Both the position numbers and the translations under genes were made by a program. Below, in pieces: positions 26,001 through 56,185 of a DNA stretch of 64,000 nucleotides (position 1 is its first letter; each line of letters starts with the position of its first letter). The notes under the pieces are model-generated. The model saw only the letters and a program-made list of their open reading frames with translations. It did not search any database and had not been told where the DNA came from. Origin of the DNA: Chrysomallon squamiferum (Eukaryota; Animalia; Mollusca); NCBI GenBank assembly GCA_012295275.1, contig CM022679.1, forward strand, positions 8,742,001-8,806,000. The letters run 5' to 3'.

Positions 26001-28513
26001 GAGGCTGTAATTTTATATTTATTTCTTGTATTTCTTTCTGATTTATTAATTTTGTCAATTTATCAAATTTATTTAATTTTTTTTATAGATGATCATTTTG
26101 TTTTTGTGTTGATTAAAAAAAAGAAAAAACAAGTTTGATATTTAATTAAAAGGGTTTGCCTATCAGCTAAAAAACTTGCCCCTTTGCCAACTAGCTGCAG
26201 ATTATTTAGCTCTCAATATGTAATTTGTAACAATTAAATGAGCAATGACTGAAAGAAGTTCCATGACTATCTTTATGGACATAGTTTCACTGTTCTGACC
26301 AATAATAACCATATATAGATGGATGGATGGATGGATCGATCGATGTACACTAGATACAATTAAATTCAATGCTATGGATGACAGGTGGTTAGTTGCTTTG
26401 TCTCTGTATGATTTTTAAAATAAACCCAAAGTGGTCTATGACTTATTGTCTGGATTCTCAATAAGATCACAAAGACTTCTGAAACTGTTTCATTAGATTT
26501 AATTCAGTCCATTTGTTTAATTTTACAAGTGCCAAGTCTGGTGGAAGCTGTCTGCTTGTCTTCTGCAATTGTGATGATACAGAAGCAGTTGACTTTTTGG
26601 AATTGTTGACAATATCAGACACGAGACTGTAGTATAGGTCCTTTCCTTAGATCTGTTACTCATAGTAAATGACCATCAATAAGAAAGGTTGTCTCCTCAC
26701 CAGGACAGATGGCACTGCTGAAGGAGTTTGTCCATGTTTTTCCTTAGAGTTAGTCAGTAGGTATGAGAAGAGACCCTATTTTTATTAACAAAGACCTTTA
26801 CATCCAAGTCTTCAGTGTATATCAGAAAACTTGGGAACGGAAAGAATTATCTTTGATTAGAGATAGATTTTATATTCCATATGGACAGATTGATCAACAG
26901 TTGCTAATAGATGCTCAAGGGGAAAGCCTGCAACAAACATTTGAGCATTCCTGGTCAACATCTAACCAACATGGTATGTGTATTTAGCCCAAGACTACTT
27001 GAAATGATAAGGTCTTTAGCAGGCTAATTGGAAGTTGCATTCTGAACCACTGGCCCAAGCATATTTATGACTGTACTTTCTTTTTAATGTTTAGTAGGTA
27101 TGCTCATCTGTCACTGGATATTGCTCTAGGCATAGACAGTGGCAATGGACATCAGAATCATTGAGAATTCACAAATCCTTGCAGAAACACCTGGAAGACT
27201 CTTGCAGAATTACTAGTCACATTGCTGACTGTAACTGAACTCGGCAGAATGAGCAGTTCAATTTTAAAAGTCTGCAGGAAGTTGTTCAGTTGCAGATTGG
27301 TTGTTTCTTTGAATTAGCATTTGACGGGAAGCACAAGTTGACAAACAAATGGGAGGAAGATGTCTATGAGTTCTTATCTTTATTGTTAAGAAGGAGAATC
27401 CACATGGCAAGATATGGACTTAGCATCAAAATCTGTTTTTTCCCATTGTGTTGCTTCCCATTCTTGTTGGAGATATTTATGTAGGTAAACCACATATCAA
27501 ATTCAGTGACTTCTCTGAAGGTGCAAACTGGCTCAGATCAGATGGACCAGCCCCATTTCTAGACAAAGATTAGTCACGTTTTTTGTGCCAGTTGAAGACC
27601 CCTGATTAGAGGTCAGAGGTCTGAAATTTCATCATCTGATTGACTTTAACCAATGTTGACATAAACCACATACTTTATTGTTAATTGCTTGTTTTTTGTT
27701 TAATTTTGGACAGCTTTAGGTAATAAAATGCTGTTTTACTTTATTTATTAATCTTTTTATATATTTAGTATATTCTCTGCTATACTTACAAAATAACAAT
27801 AATTACAACTAATTTTAACAATCTTAGATTCTCACTTTTTTTTTCTAATTACATGTAAAAAAACAAAAGAAATTAATTCCTGTAATTAGTGACTGTTAAT
27901 TAGTCATAAAACACTTAATATAAATATTAGGTGGCTGGTTCCAATATATTTGTAAAGGCCTTTCGACGCTATTTCCAACAAAAACATATTTGTTAGGATC
28001 ACTTTTTTTTCCTTCTTTTTTTCTTTAACCAGAATATATGATAATTCGTGAATAAACAGAATCTCCAAATTAGATTTTTAAACCTGTAAATACATTTTTC
28101 ATCATCTAGAAACAAACAGCATTTAATTCAACCAGTGTTTTTAAATATCCATATAATACGATTCAAACACTGAAAGAATGTCACTGTGAAACAGTATTAA
28201 CAATGAGGATAATGCAATAACGGAACCACAAACGTGAACAGAAAATTGAGAAATAATCACAGACATGAAAATAAAAATGTATCTCGTTTCATTTAAAAAT
28301 CAGGAAAATATGTTACGTTCACCAGGTTTCTGGGTGTATACGTATGCCTACATAGTGCATAGAAATAAATTTTAGGAAATTATATCAAATGTGTGCAGTA
28401 ATGAGTTACGACATCAGTCATTCCTTACCAACAAAAATCAGTACGTTTCGCTTCCGAGCATTTAGACTTCCAAACACAACAATGAGAAGTAGAAACCCAA
28501 TGAAACTAAACAT
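17344..28513 (-). CDS. SGSH: N-sulphoglucosamine sulphohydrolase (sulfamidase), 7 exons, ~508 aa; 1-nt frameshift in exon 2 as assembled
   Basis: Exons (minus) 28429-28513, 21153-21286, 20273-20406, 19695-19845, 18905-19143, 18235-18410, 17344-17952. Signal peptide [19 protein letters not shown], then [33 protein letters not shown] (shifted frame), [63 protein letters not shown], all hallmark SGSH motifs. Confidence 0.95.
23563..23715. repeat. Direct duplication (~55-bp core, ~97-bp spacing) in SGSH intron 1
   Basis: TCTGAATTAGTGAATATTTAACA...TAATGGTAATATAGTCA occurs twice. Confidence 0.7.
24843..25315. repeat. Degenerate ~30-bp minisatellite (TTGGTAAACATGATGATAAATTATCAGTA-like)
   Basis: Repeated GGTAAAC(A/T)TG...GATAAA motif at ~30-bp spacing. 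Confidence 0.75.
26150..27500 (+). mobile_element. Decayed Ty3/Gypsy LTR-retrotransposon pol remnant (RNase H and integrase) in SGSH intron 1, antisense to SGSH
   Basis: Fragments with stops and frameshifts in Gypsy domain order: [23 protein letters not shown] (~26240-26310, RNase H), [12 protein letters not shown] (~26380), LSLIRDRFY (~26850, integrase Zn region), [16 protein letters not shown] (~27320, C-terminal). Confidence 0.8.
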
Positions 28514-28722
28514 GTTAACATTAATAAACCATACACTGACTATGCCATCGTCATTCTTAAGTCGAGAGGAATCGGTATTTTACTGAAAACAAATTTGACA
28601 CCCACAAATAACTACTTCCTGTATGGATCACACCACATGATTGTCACATGGTTATAGGCGGATAAAAAAGAAATGGGAAAGCGGAACGGAATAGAAGAGG
28701 AATAAGAAATGCAATTTGTAAT
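28514..28722. promoter_or_regulatory. Compact bidirectional promoter SGSH/SLC26A11 with two tandem CACATG E-boxes (MiT/TFE M-box/CLEAR-like) and an ETS-like site
   Basis: CACATGA at 28634-28640, GTCACATG at 28643-28650, ACTTCCTG at 28614-28621; about 210 bp separate the two inferred divergent ATGs. Confidence 0.65.
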
Positions 28723-44783
<16,061 letters not shown>

Positions 44784-45821
44784 ACGTTTATATGTCACCA
44801 GTTTTGTGTTTGTGTTTGTTAATCCACACAATTTGTAGCTGCTGATTTTTGCTTATAATGCTATAAACAATAACAACTTAGTCCCGTACTTAAAACCTTT
44901 GCAATTCACACCTATCAGTACTTACGACAGGAACAAAACAATGAAAGAGGAAAGATAAAAAAAAAAAAAAAATCATTGTGATTTTTCTTATAGTTTCTGC
45001 TGTTGAGCAGAAATAGACAATGCTGGGTAATATGCTGTTACTTAAAAAAAAAAGAAAAAAGAAACTGGAGTAAATTGAGAATAATGTCCACTCTGAGTAG
45101 CTTCTGGTCAGTAAGAATATGACCCAGTTTTCAGTAGGGAATTGTCTGTATTAGAAATCATTTAGTATTATAAAAAAAAGTCTATATTACTACTACCATT
45201 ACTACTAATAGTAATACTACTACTACTACTACTACCACTAATAATAATAATAATAAAAAATAATAATAATAATAAAAGAAAAAGAAATATTAAGGGTTTT
45301 AAATACTTCTAATACATAATTATTGTTGAAATCGGAAAAACATGAATATGGTACTTATTTATACACTACTTTTTTTAATGTCATTTTATTTAAAAAAGAA
45401 TGTTTAAAAGTTACTGGGTCAATATTAATTTTATTTGTTTTTGTTACATTTATTTATAAGTTGCAGTCATTTGTATCATTGTATGTATTGTGTTTATATC
45501 GTAAAATTATTATTTTCTAAAGATTAATGATATTTTTACAGAAATCTAGTGTTACTTAAATCTTTTTTCTTTTTTTTTTTTTTTTTATTAGTCAATTTTT
45601 TGTTTTTTTACTTTAATGAAAGCTGTGTCCATGATAATGCTATTCTTTTGAAATCTTGAATCTATGCATTTTGTTACTCACACTTTACAGTAAATGAAAG
45701 TACCTCAGTTTTTCAACATATGTTGATTATAAATTTGTAATATTCTTTGTTGAAATATTATTTTCATTTAATGTTTTTTACTTATAACAATGCAAAATCA
45801 TACTGTTTTATTCTTGTATAC

Positions 45822-45854
<33 letters not shown>

Positions 45855-46668
45855 GACGCACATAAATATAAAGGCACATACACACTACACACACAAGTAA
45901 ATATCTATAACTATATATATATATATATGACTGAATCTTGGCAAGGATAAACAAATTTATTGAATTCTGAAAATTATTTAAAAAGATATTATTTCATGTC
46001 ATATAAATACAATGAATTTTTATTTTTATTTTTTTAAATTTTTAAATTGTTTGATAATTTGACCTCTTTAAGTATTTGACCTCTTCATTTATAAATATAT
46101 AAAAATAGCTTCACTAACATTTTTAGTATCTACTTACAGGTACCATACCATTTATCCTGTATAAACTGTACACTGAACAGTATCTGAATTTTTAGGCTCT
46201 TGGCTCTTGTGGTCCCAGGCTTAATATTTACCAAAGATAAACAATAAACAATTGAAAAGTAAATTCTAAAGTGTATTTAACAGATAGAAATTAATACTTC
46301 TAAAATCATTTTTTTTTCCAGGAATTCCAATTTCTAGGAAGCTGGATAAATGGTTTTATAACTTGAGAGTTGTAACTAACTAGTCAAAATGTTAAAGTTT
46401 GAACACAGTAATCATAAAACAAACTACACTTAGTCCCACCTATATATCAATCTCATATTTTTATTTATTATTTTGAACATTTGTTTTGTAGATGTTTTGG
46501 GTTTTTTTTTTTTTTTTTTTTTTTTTTCTTATTTGCAGTATACTTTTACATATAATATAATTTTAACATAACAATATTTAAAATGATCAAAATGGAATTT
46601 TTCGTTATGTACCCCCATTATCTTTAGAACTGTATATGAAACACAAGAATGTATTTTACAAAGAATTG

Positions 46669-46925
46669 GCACAATCAGTTTAAAATTTTCATATTTATCT
46701 TTTGTTTCTAAAATTGTTTATGAAAAGCAAAAATATATATTAACAAAGATTTGACACAAACAGTTTAAAATTTTCTTTATTTATTGTTTGTGTCTAAAAT
46801 TGTTGATGAAAAACAGAAATATATTTTGCTAAGATTTGACACAGTAAAGTTTAAAATTTTCATATATATCCTTTTGTTTTGAAAATTGTTTATGAAAAGC
46901 AAATATATATTTTCCAAAAATCTGA
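46669..46925. repeat. ~86-bp tandem repeat, 3 copies
   Basis: CACA...AGTTTAAAATTTTC...AAAATTGTT.ATGAAAA...ATATAT...AAGATTTGA occurs three times. Confidence 0.8.
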
Positions 46926-48645
46926 TCTTTTTATTTATAGACTTTTGTTATTGAATTCACTGATATATTTTTTTTAACATTATTTGTTTCATTTCTTCAG
47001 AAAATAAAAACTAACACTGTCTTCACGAAGTAGCAGTTAATGAAAAGATATTATTTAATAAAATGCTGTTAGTTTACTAAGGCCTTAGTGTTTTATAAAA
47101 AGAGCTTATTGCATTAATAAGACGAGTTAATTGTTTAATAAAAGCTCACTGTTTTATAACCAGAGCTTACATTTCAGGCATTAAATTGCATTATTGTTTA
47201 GTTTTAATTATTGTAATAGAACATTTTTGTGACACAAGAACATTTTTCTTATTCTATAAAAATGTTCCATTATAGTTATATTAAAAAACATTTATTATAT
47301 AAAAATGTTTGGTTAAATTATCAAAAAAAATGGTTTTTTTTTTTTTTTACTGTATAGGAATATTTTGCTCAGTGATACTTAAATTATACTACACAGCCAT
47401 TGACCTAAAGTATTTTACACACAAATTCATTTTAAATAACATTTTATTTTAGTTACGTATTTAAATTTCATTAAAAATGTCTTAAAGTAATTCCTTAATT
47501 GTTTTCTACAGTTCAATCAGTCACTAACTGAGTGAACAGTAAAGGTGTGTGTAATATTGTTACGACAAATCAAAGCATGTGATCTTAGCTTTAGTCCATA
47601 TTCAGAACAGGAATATTGTATTATTTATAATAATAAATATAATAATAATAATAATAATAATAATTGTTATATTAAATTAAATAAATAAATAAAATAATTA
47701 TTTATATAAATAATTCGTACATTTTATGATTATCAGTATTGTAGCCAATACATTATAGACTTAGTCTTGTTACATTATCTGGATTGATGAATTTTGGCTT
47801 TAAAAATAAATATAATCAAGAGAATGTTTAAAGGAACATTTTATCAAAACAGTCACTGCTGGTCAAAATATTGGAGTTTTTCTTTATTTTCTTGTAAATG
47901 GGGTTTACTTATGACAATGAAAAATGTATTAAAATATGTTATATAAAAAGGTGTTTGTTATTTCTTTCAATAAATTGGTCCTGGCCCCTAACAATTTTGT
48001 TTGTGTATATTTTTATTTTGAAAATATTTTTTAATAATGTTTAAGATAGGAAATGTGCTGTCAATAATTCACTGCAGTTTTATTTTTTGGTAACATTTCT
48101 CAACAAGAAAGCTTTAATATATACTTTTCATCAGACAAGATTACATTAAATAAGACACAGGATAGGGTATATATATCTCTAATTTCCAGACTGTTTTGGC
48201 TGCACAGGTATATATGCCTTTGGTATGTGACCAAAATTTCAGCCAGTTGGGCTCTACAGTTTAATCTGTTATGAAGTCAACATCATTTGGCCTATTTTTG
48301 ATATTATTATCTGATCATTTTAACAGTTGAATTTAATCAAGTGCTTTAACATGGTTATATAAATAATAATTAATCTGTTATAATGTCAACATTATTTGAT
48401 CAGTTTTAATAATATTTACAGGTTTTTTTCAATATTCAGATTATATATACCCTGGCAGATCCAACTCAAAGTTAAATACAAACTGATATATAAACACATC
48501 TGACTCGGCCATTTTCACTTGAATGTTTTAAATGGAAATAACAGTGTAATGCTAAAACATAAATAAAATATTTTAATAAAAAAAAAAAAAATAGCTATCA
48601 CCAAATAATTTTTGTAAGTAAAAAAAAATCAAAACTTATCAACAG

Positions 48646-48678
<33 letters not shown>

Positions 48679-48943
48679 GGTTTGAAAATGTGAATTATTT
48701 TGTGGATCAAAAATTTACTGTTAAAATTTTGATATTTCTATAACATCACACAGCTACTCATCAAAATAATGGTAAGAAATATTCCATGATTCCCACAGAA
48801 AAATAAATAACACAAAAGCAATGTTTTTTTTTAATTTGTTTTTTTATTATAATTTATTAACAAAAAATCACACCACTCATAAAAATCTGGTGACATAAAA
48901 TAGAAAATATTTGTCTGACAAATAACATTCCAGAGTCAGAAAA

Positions 48944-49137
48944 ACATCCATAACTAACTTACTAACAGACCCCCCACATCCATAACTAACTTACTAACAG
49001 ACCCCCCACATCCATTACTAACTAACAGACCCCCCACATCTGTAACTAACTTACTAACAGACCCCCCACATCCATAACTAACTTACTAACAGACCCCCCA
49101 CATCCATTACTAACTCACTAACTAATCCCTCCCACAT
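48944..49137. repeat. 32-bp minisatellite ACATCCATAACTAACTTACTAACAGACCCCCC, ~6 copies
   Basis: Near-perfect tandem copies that stand out as C-rich in an AT-rich intergenic or UTR region. Confidence 0.92.
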
Positions 49138-49689
49138 GTACATAATTTTTGTCTAGTTTTATGAATAACAACTAGTAGTAAATGAAGTTAAAAATATAAA
49201 CATTTCTTTAGAAAAAACAAAAACACAAGAAAGCAGAAATAAAAAATTTGACCTAAATATTCAATATGTGCTAAGGTTAAGTTTAATTTAAAAAATAATT
49301 AATTTTTTGTGGGGGTTGGTGATGGGGGTGGGGATTGTTGTTTATTTTATTATGTTTGGTTTATTTTAAATACAAAAATGTTTTATATATGTATATGTAT
49401 ACATATGAATGTATGTATGCATGTATGTATGTATGTATATGTATGTATGAATAATGGTTTTAAATTTTTTCTTCTTCTCTCTTCTTTTTGGATTTAATTT
49501 TTACTCTATGTTATTTAATTTACCAACAATATCCTTGGAAAAAATTTAAATAAATAAAGTTGAAAATGAAAAGAAAACTTCATTCACTTGATTAAAAAGT
49601 TATAAACAAATAAAATTTTAAATCATCATTATAAAACTAATAAATTTAATGTTTTTAACATCACACACACACACACACATACATATATG

Positions 49690-49723
<34 letters not shown>

Positions 49724-51828
49724 CATGTACATACATAGATATACATATATATATAAACACATGTGTGTGTGTGTGTGTGTGTGTTTGAAAACAATTACCT
49801 ATAACAGAATTACAAAACACCGTAACTTTTCCAACACTTATTAACTGTTGCTTTTCTTTAATACTGCATTCAATAACAAAAAGTAGTCTTACTATTAAAA
49901 TGTGTGACTGGATATCAAAAGTACAATATCTGCAGCATTGAATTATGTATCTAACATCATACACATGAAATATTTAAAAATCCCACATGCATCAATATAA
50001 TATCACTGGTATGCATCATGCATATAATATGAATCTCATAGATCTCTTTCTCAACTCATTTTTAACAATACATTTAAAACATTCACATTAAAAATTAACA
50101 TGAAAGAATCTTAAGAAACTAGACACAAAACCACACAAGTAATTTTGTAAGTACATAAAATATAAATTTAATAAATTGAAGAATTAGTATGTACACCATA
50201 ATTTTTAAATTAAAAATTAAAAATAATAAAATAAAATGAGAAACATAAAAAGAAAACAGTGCTCAAGAATTAGTACATATATCATGTTTTATATAACGTA
50301 TTTTAAAAAGGTGTCTATTTGAGAAAATATTTAAGATTCATTAGAAATTTGTTTACAAATAAATCTGAACTTTCTGCTATTTCAAATAACTTCTTTTCAG
50401 TTCTGTGTTATAAAGTTTTCATTACATTTTAATAATTTATCATATTTTTTTTTTTTTCCCCCAATTTTTAAATTAAGTATCTATGTGTATCTCTATGTAT
50501 GTATGTATGTATGTCTATGCACACACAAACATAATACATATATCTAATTATTTAGACTAAACAATATTCAAGATAATATCTAAATGAATCTGATTCTCTG
50601 AAAAATAAGTATATATTTAATGCTTTATATCACAAATTTGCTGTCACAATGCGTATTTTTATCTTATCTTATTTTTTTTTTGCAGAAAGCCCCTTATGTA
50701 AAAACAAATCCATTATGAACAGATTTCTTCCTATCTTTATCATGATAGGATATGTCAGTGCAATAAAAAAAATTTTAAATGTTTTAAAAAAATATTAGAA
50801 ATTACCACAACACTGAAACATTCAAAATATATCAATTAGAAAATCACAAACACAGACATGACTAGAAAAGTAAAAACTTAATTATGCAGCTTTTTTTTTA
50901 AAAATGAATAACTATAGATTATAAATATTTATTTTTAACATATATGTATACATATATTATTTGAAAAACAGAATAAACATTTATTCTTTATTAAATCGAT
51001 TTACTATATAATATGATATATACCAATTTTTAATACTTTTTTAAAAATAATAATATAAATGATTCGAATACACAACTTTTAAAAAACATACCTAATACAC
51101 ATTTATTCTTTTTGAATCCATTTTTTATGTGATCTATTTTAATTACTAAAACATCTAAAAACATATAATATTTTAAAAATTTAATCAGTTTTTAATATGG
51201 CTGTTTTAATTACATAAACAACAAACATTTATATTTAAAATCCATTTTACATAAATTTTAAAAATTTAATTAACATTTATTTTCTTTTTATCCCTTTTTA
51301 GTGTAAATATTTTGAGTATACACAAAAATAATAAATTATTATTTTTTAATCCACAAACTAATGTAATTACATAACTTTTAAAAACATTTAAAAACAACAA
51401 CATAAAAAAATAACATACTTTTTTTAAAAGCATAAATAATAAGTTATTCTCCTTTAATCAGTTTTACATGTATCAACTATTAATGATAATTAAAATACAC
51501 TGTCAAAACCACATAAAAATGGATAGTAAAAGCTTATTTCACTAAAGCAAAAGCTCAAAATCTCAAGTGTGGAGAGCTCTAGAGAAATGAAACAGAAAAG
51601 TTTCAGAAAAAAATAGGCACTGTTTCTTTTCACAAACAACTTAGGAAGAAATGGAACAAAACATTTATAATTCACAGATGTAAAAATATATCTGAAGGTG
51701 TAATACAGGTTTATAATACATCATTCCTGAGAAAATGTTCAGATGATAAAAATATTTGAAGTTTTCACCACTATATTTTACATACAATACATTTCGGATT
51801 ATGATTATTGATATTATTATTATTATTA

Positions 51829-51861
<33 letters not shown>

Positions 51862-53110
51862 TTTTTATTTTTAATTATTTTTAAATTAGTTGCTAAAATT
51901 TTTTGTACATTAAAATTAAAATATGTCTTGTATTAATTAAAATGAAATTTTCAGCTTATAGCCAGCTAGGAAAATAAATAATTATAAGAAGCCTTTGGAT
52001 TTAAAACAATTAAAAATAAAAATACTTATTTTTTTTAAATTAATTTTTCTTTAAAAACATCACATATACATAGACATAGACACACGTAGAATTTTAAACT
52101 TTAATTCAACATTTTAAATCTAATTCACAAAGAACTCTTTACATTCATGTATACATTGTATTTGAAGCTTTATATATAAAACATATTTATTAATGTGTTA
52201 TATTACATTTTAATGTACATTTATACATACTTTTCATACAAATATACAGAATTTTAATAAATACTGATTTCTTAACAAATTTACAAGATAAATAAATAAG
52301 TGAATTTGTTTACAAATAAAAATTTGACTTCATGCACTCTTATTAAATAATTTTGCAAATTTTGTGATAATCATTATATTATAAATTAAAATAAATAAAA
52401 AATGTATAATATATAATTGCATTTCATCTATATTATTATATATTTAATGAATGTTGCACTTTTTGTTTTATTTATTACACTTTACAAATTAAATAAAATT
52501 TATATAATCTGTATTTCTTCTGTTGTATACAAATTAATGACGCACACATTATTTTGTTATTTATCATTCATTATCAAAATTAAATAACATTTAATAGATT
52601 ATTATACAACATCCCTGTTATTACATTAATTAACGTTGCTCATTTTGCATTATTTTATTACATTTCATAAAGGTATCATTACATGTAAATTAATTATCCA
52701 CATTTATTTTTGCACTCATCACTTAATACATTATCAGAATTAATTAACATAAATTAATTATCTGTTTATCATTTTATTGTCACCATCCTCTATCAAACTT
52801 TAAATAACACGTGTAATATATAATTATATTACATTATATAACATTATATAAAAAAAGGACTGTGAGATTCAGTGAGAATATCCTACAAGTGAGATCTTGA
52901 AATCCCATTTTGAGATTCAAACTCTTGCAATTGCATACAACAGTCATCAGAAACACAGAACCAGTAACTGCTTTTTAAATGTTTTTTTTTTATCAAATTA
53001 TCATATTACTAGATGACTTTATATTAAAAAGCACACATTATAATACATTTTATGGTCAATCCATTCCTTCAGGGTTATTTCAGACTGCAACCAGCTTTTT
53101 TTTTTTTTTT

Positions 53111-53280
53111 GACTGGTTAATAAAAGGACATGGTATGTGGTATCCTACTCCTTTCATTAAAAAAAAAAAGATCCCTTGCTGCTTAACTTACACATTTGCC
53201 CACAGAGTGCTTGCAGTGGATTATGTTTCACTTATTTTTTCTTTCATTATACAAAAACAAATGTGATGGTGTCTTAATAT
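53111..53280 (+). mobile_element. Degenerate dispersed short repeat (SINE-like), copy 1
   Basis: TGGTATGTGGTATCCTA...AAAAGATCCCTTGCTGCT resembles the reverse complement of 63760-63835 (TGGTAGGTATTGTCCTA...AAAATCCTTGCTGCT). A further weak fragment is near 31580. Confidence 0.5.
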
Positions 53281-53811
53281 GTGTTACTGTTAAAATATAC
53301 CAAGTCGTTTTTCAGTACTGTTTTTCTTTTCAGTAAGGTGATGAATAAATTAGCTTTTTATAAACATTCAAAATAAATAAATAAATATTTGAAATATATA
53401 TATGTGTGTATGTATGCATGTGCATGTATGTATGTATGTATGTATGTATGTGCATGTATGTATGTATGTACACACACACACACATACACAAATATACATG
53501 GATACGTGTGTGTGTTATCATGTAACAAAATATTAAGCAGCAATGTCAAGTATACTTGCTTTAATATTTTATATGAAACAGTGCAGTAATTAACTTTGTA
53601 TTCCAGAATTTACACAGAATCCAGCATGAATTACATAAACATGGTATTATATTACATGTGTGATAAAATGTTATGTTAAGAAAACAATATGAAAGGCAAA
53701 AAAAAAAAACTATTTCTAAATTAAGTAGCCAAAATTAAAAAGACTCAGTTATAGATAATAGAGGAAGAACTGCTTAGAGAACTTTGGTATCTCGGAAAAT
53801 CAAATAAGTGT

Positions 53812-54512
53812 TAGTGAGATTTGTAACATGACCTATCTTCATAAAGTAATATTAAGTTTTAACTTACATCTGTAACATGAGCTATTTTCATAAAAAATAT
53901 TAAATATCACTGAGATTTGTAACATGACCTATCTTCATAATCTAATGTTAAGTTTAATTTACATCTGTAACATGACCTATTTTCATAAAATAATATTAAA
54001 TATCACTGAGATTTGTAACATGACCTATCTTCATAAAGTAATATTAAAGTTACAACTTACATAACCTATTTTCATAAAGTAGTAGTGAATATTACTGAGA
54101 TTTATTAATAGACCTATCTTCATAAAGTAATATTGAATACAATGGAACAGATAGGTGTAACTTAACCTATCTTCAAAGAGTAATATTAAGCATTATTGAC
54201 ATCTGGATCTTGGCCTATCTTCAGAAAGTAACATCAAAGTAGAATGAATAGTTATTTCTAACATGACCTGCCTTCATGAAATGACATTAAAACTGCTGAT
54301 ATCTGTGAGATTAAGTAATACTAAATATTACAGAACATAATTTTATCTGTAACTTCACAGAGTGAAATTAAGTATAATGTAACAGATATCCACAAAATGA
54401 TTTATTGTTATGTAATAATATTAAGTATCATCAGTGACTGAAACATGACCTGTCTTCATAAAATATTGAAGTATCACTGAGACATTTATAATTTGACCTA
54501 TCTTCACATCTG
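53812..54512. repeat. ~47-bp minisatellite (TGAGATTTGTAACATGACCTATCTTCATAAAGTAATATTAA)
   Basis: The CATGACCTAT(C/T)TTCATAA core repeats more than 10 times with decay. Confidence 0.85.
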
Positions 54513-55879
54513 TTACAAATAGCACAATAACCAACAGCTCTATCTCAGTATTTGGACATTATGAACTCTTTAAACACACACAATACAGTTCATTTACTTT
54601 ATATATATATATATATATATATATTATTCTCCCATTGAAGTTCATTGTTTTCTCACACATTTACTTCAGAATAGAGTATGTAAAAGACTGGTGTATATTT
54701 TGACATATAACAGTAGATTACAGAAAGTTTCTGAGTCAAACAAACTGCAGTGAAATGATCAAGCAGTATCATTATAAGTTCTTCTGTTGTTTATAATTGA
54801 ATATCACAGATTTCTTCATTTCTTTTGTAGAATAATGATGCTCATCCCACCCAGTTGTTGTTCAGTTTTTGTGAAGAATATTCCAGTCTTCCAGATTTCA
54901 GATCAGTTCCAGTCATCTTGTAAAATAAATTCAGTTTGTGTGAATGTTTATCGTGTCAGAATGCCAAAATCTTCTTGTCGTGGTTGTCTCTGTACTTGTT
55001 AATTTATTCCTTTAAGGTAGCCATTTTATTTTTCACATAGAATTTTGTAGCAGACATTTTTTTGGTTTCTCTGACCTGGTTTTGTCTGATGATGAGACAT
55101 CTGATAACTTAATCAAGAAATCAGAATGTTATGTCAATGGAATCATGTTTCTGTTCAGAAATCTGATATTACAAATTTGCTCACATCAGAAATCACTGTT
55201 ACACTTTGATGATCAGACCACTCCATTTCTGATTTATTAAGTTCTTCTTTATCAGAAAAAAAAGAGAAAAAATCTGGACTCTTCTGATCTGTCTTCTCCA
55301 GTGTAAAAACATCGTTATTGCACTGAGTAGCTGTACTTCATTGTAGTTTTAATAGTTGTATTTTACAAAAGTTTTTCCTGATAATTTTTTTTTTTTTTTT
55401 TTTTTTTTGTAAAACACAATATTGCAAACCAGGATGACGCTACCTTGTGTGAATTTCAGTTAATATCATGTTCAAAATACTGATGGAGGTGCCTTTGAAA
55501 CTCTTCTTTTTTTTTCTTTTTTTTTTTTTCTTTTTTAATTTCTATCATCAAGATAAAGACCCCCCAGGTACTGCAGACTTATGAACTGGGAAATCTTATT
55601 TTTGTGACACTTACATTTTTTGCATCATTTTTATAATCTTTTATTTTATTATTATTTTTGTGTTTTCTTTCTAAATCAAAACACTTCTTTTTCACACCTA
55701 CCTAAACAATCTCTCTGGTTTTTTTCTGTTGTTTTTTTTCAAAATTCCACACACAACAAACAGATTTAGGTTTTATTGTTGTGTTTTTCTTTTTTTTTTT
55801 TTTTTTTTTTTTTTTTGTTAAATTTCATTGATCCTGGACTATGCAGAAATAATAATTTCTAAAAGAAACGGTTCCAGAC

Positions 55880-56149
55880 TTAACTCTCGGTTTCATTTTT
55901 GGGTGTTTCCATTCTAGGAGTTGGAGTTCGATGTTGAGCCTTTCGTTTAGATTTCCTGATCACCTCGCTGAAGTTGAAAGGTTGCAAGCAGTAAACCTTA
56001 AAAAAAAAAATTAAAATTAATAATAAAAATTTAATTTTTTTTAATAAAAATTGTTAGTTATTCTGTGTGTTTAGAATGGATGTTTAAAATCAACAACATA
56101 TAGACATTATTTGATATTTTTAACATTCAACAAAAATATTAAAATAAAA

Positions 56150-56185
<36 letters not shown>

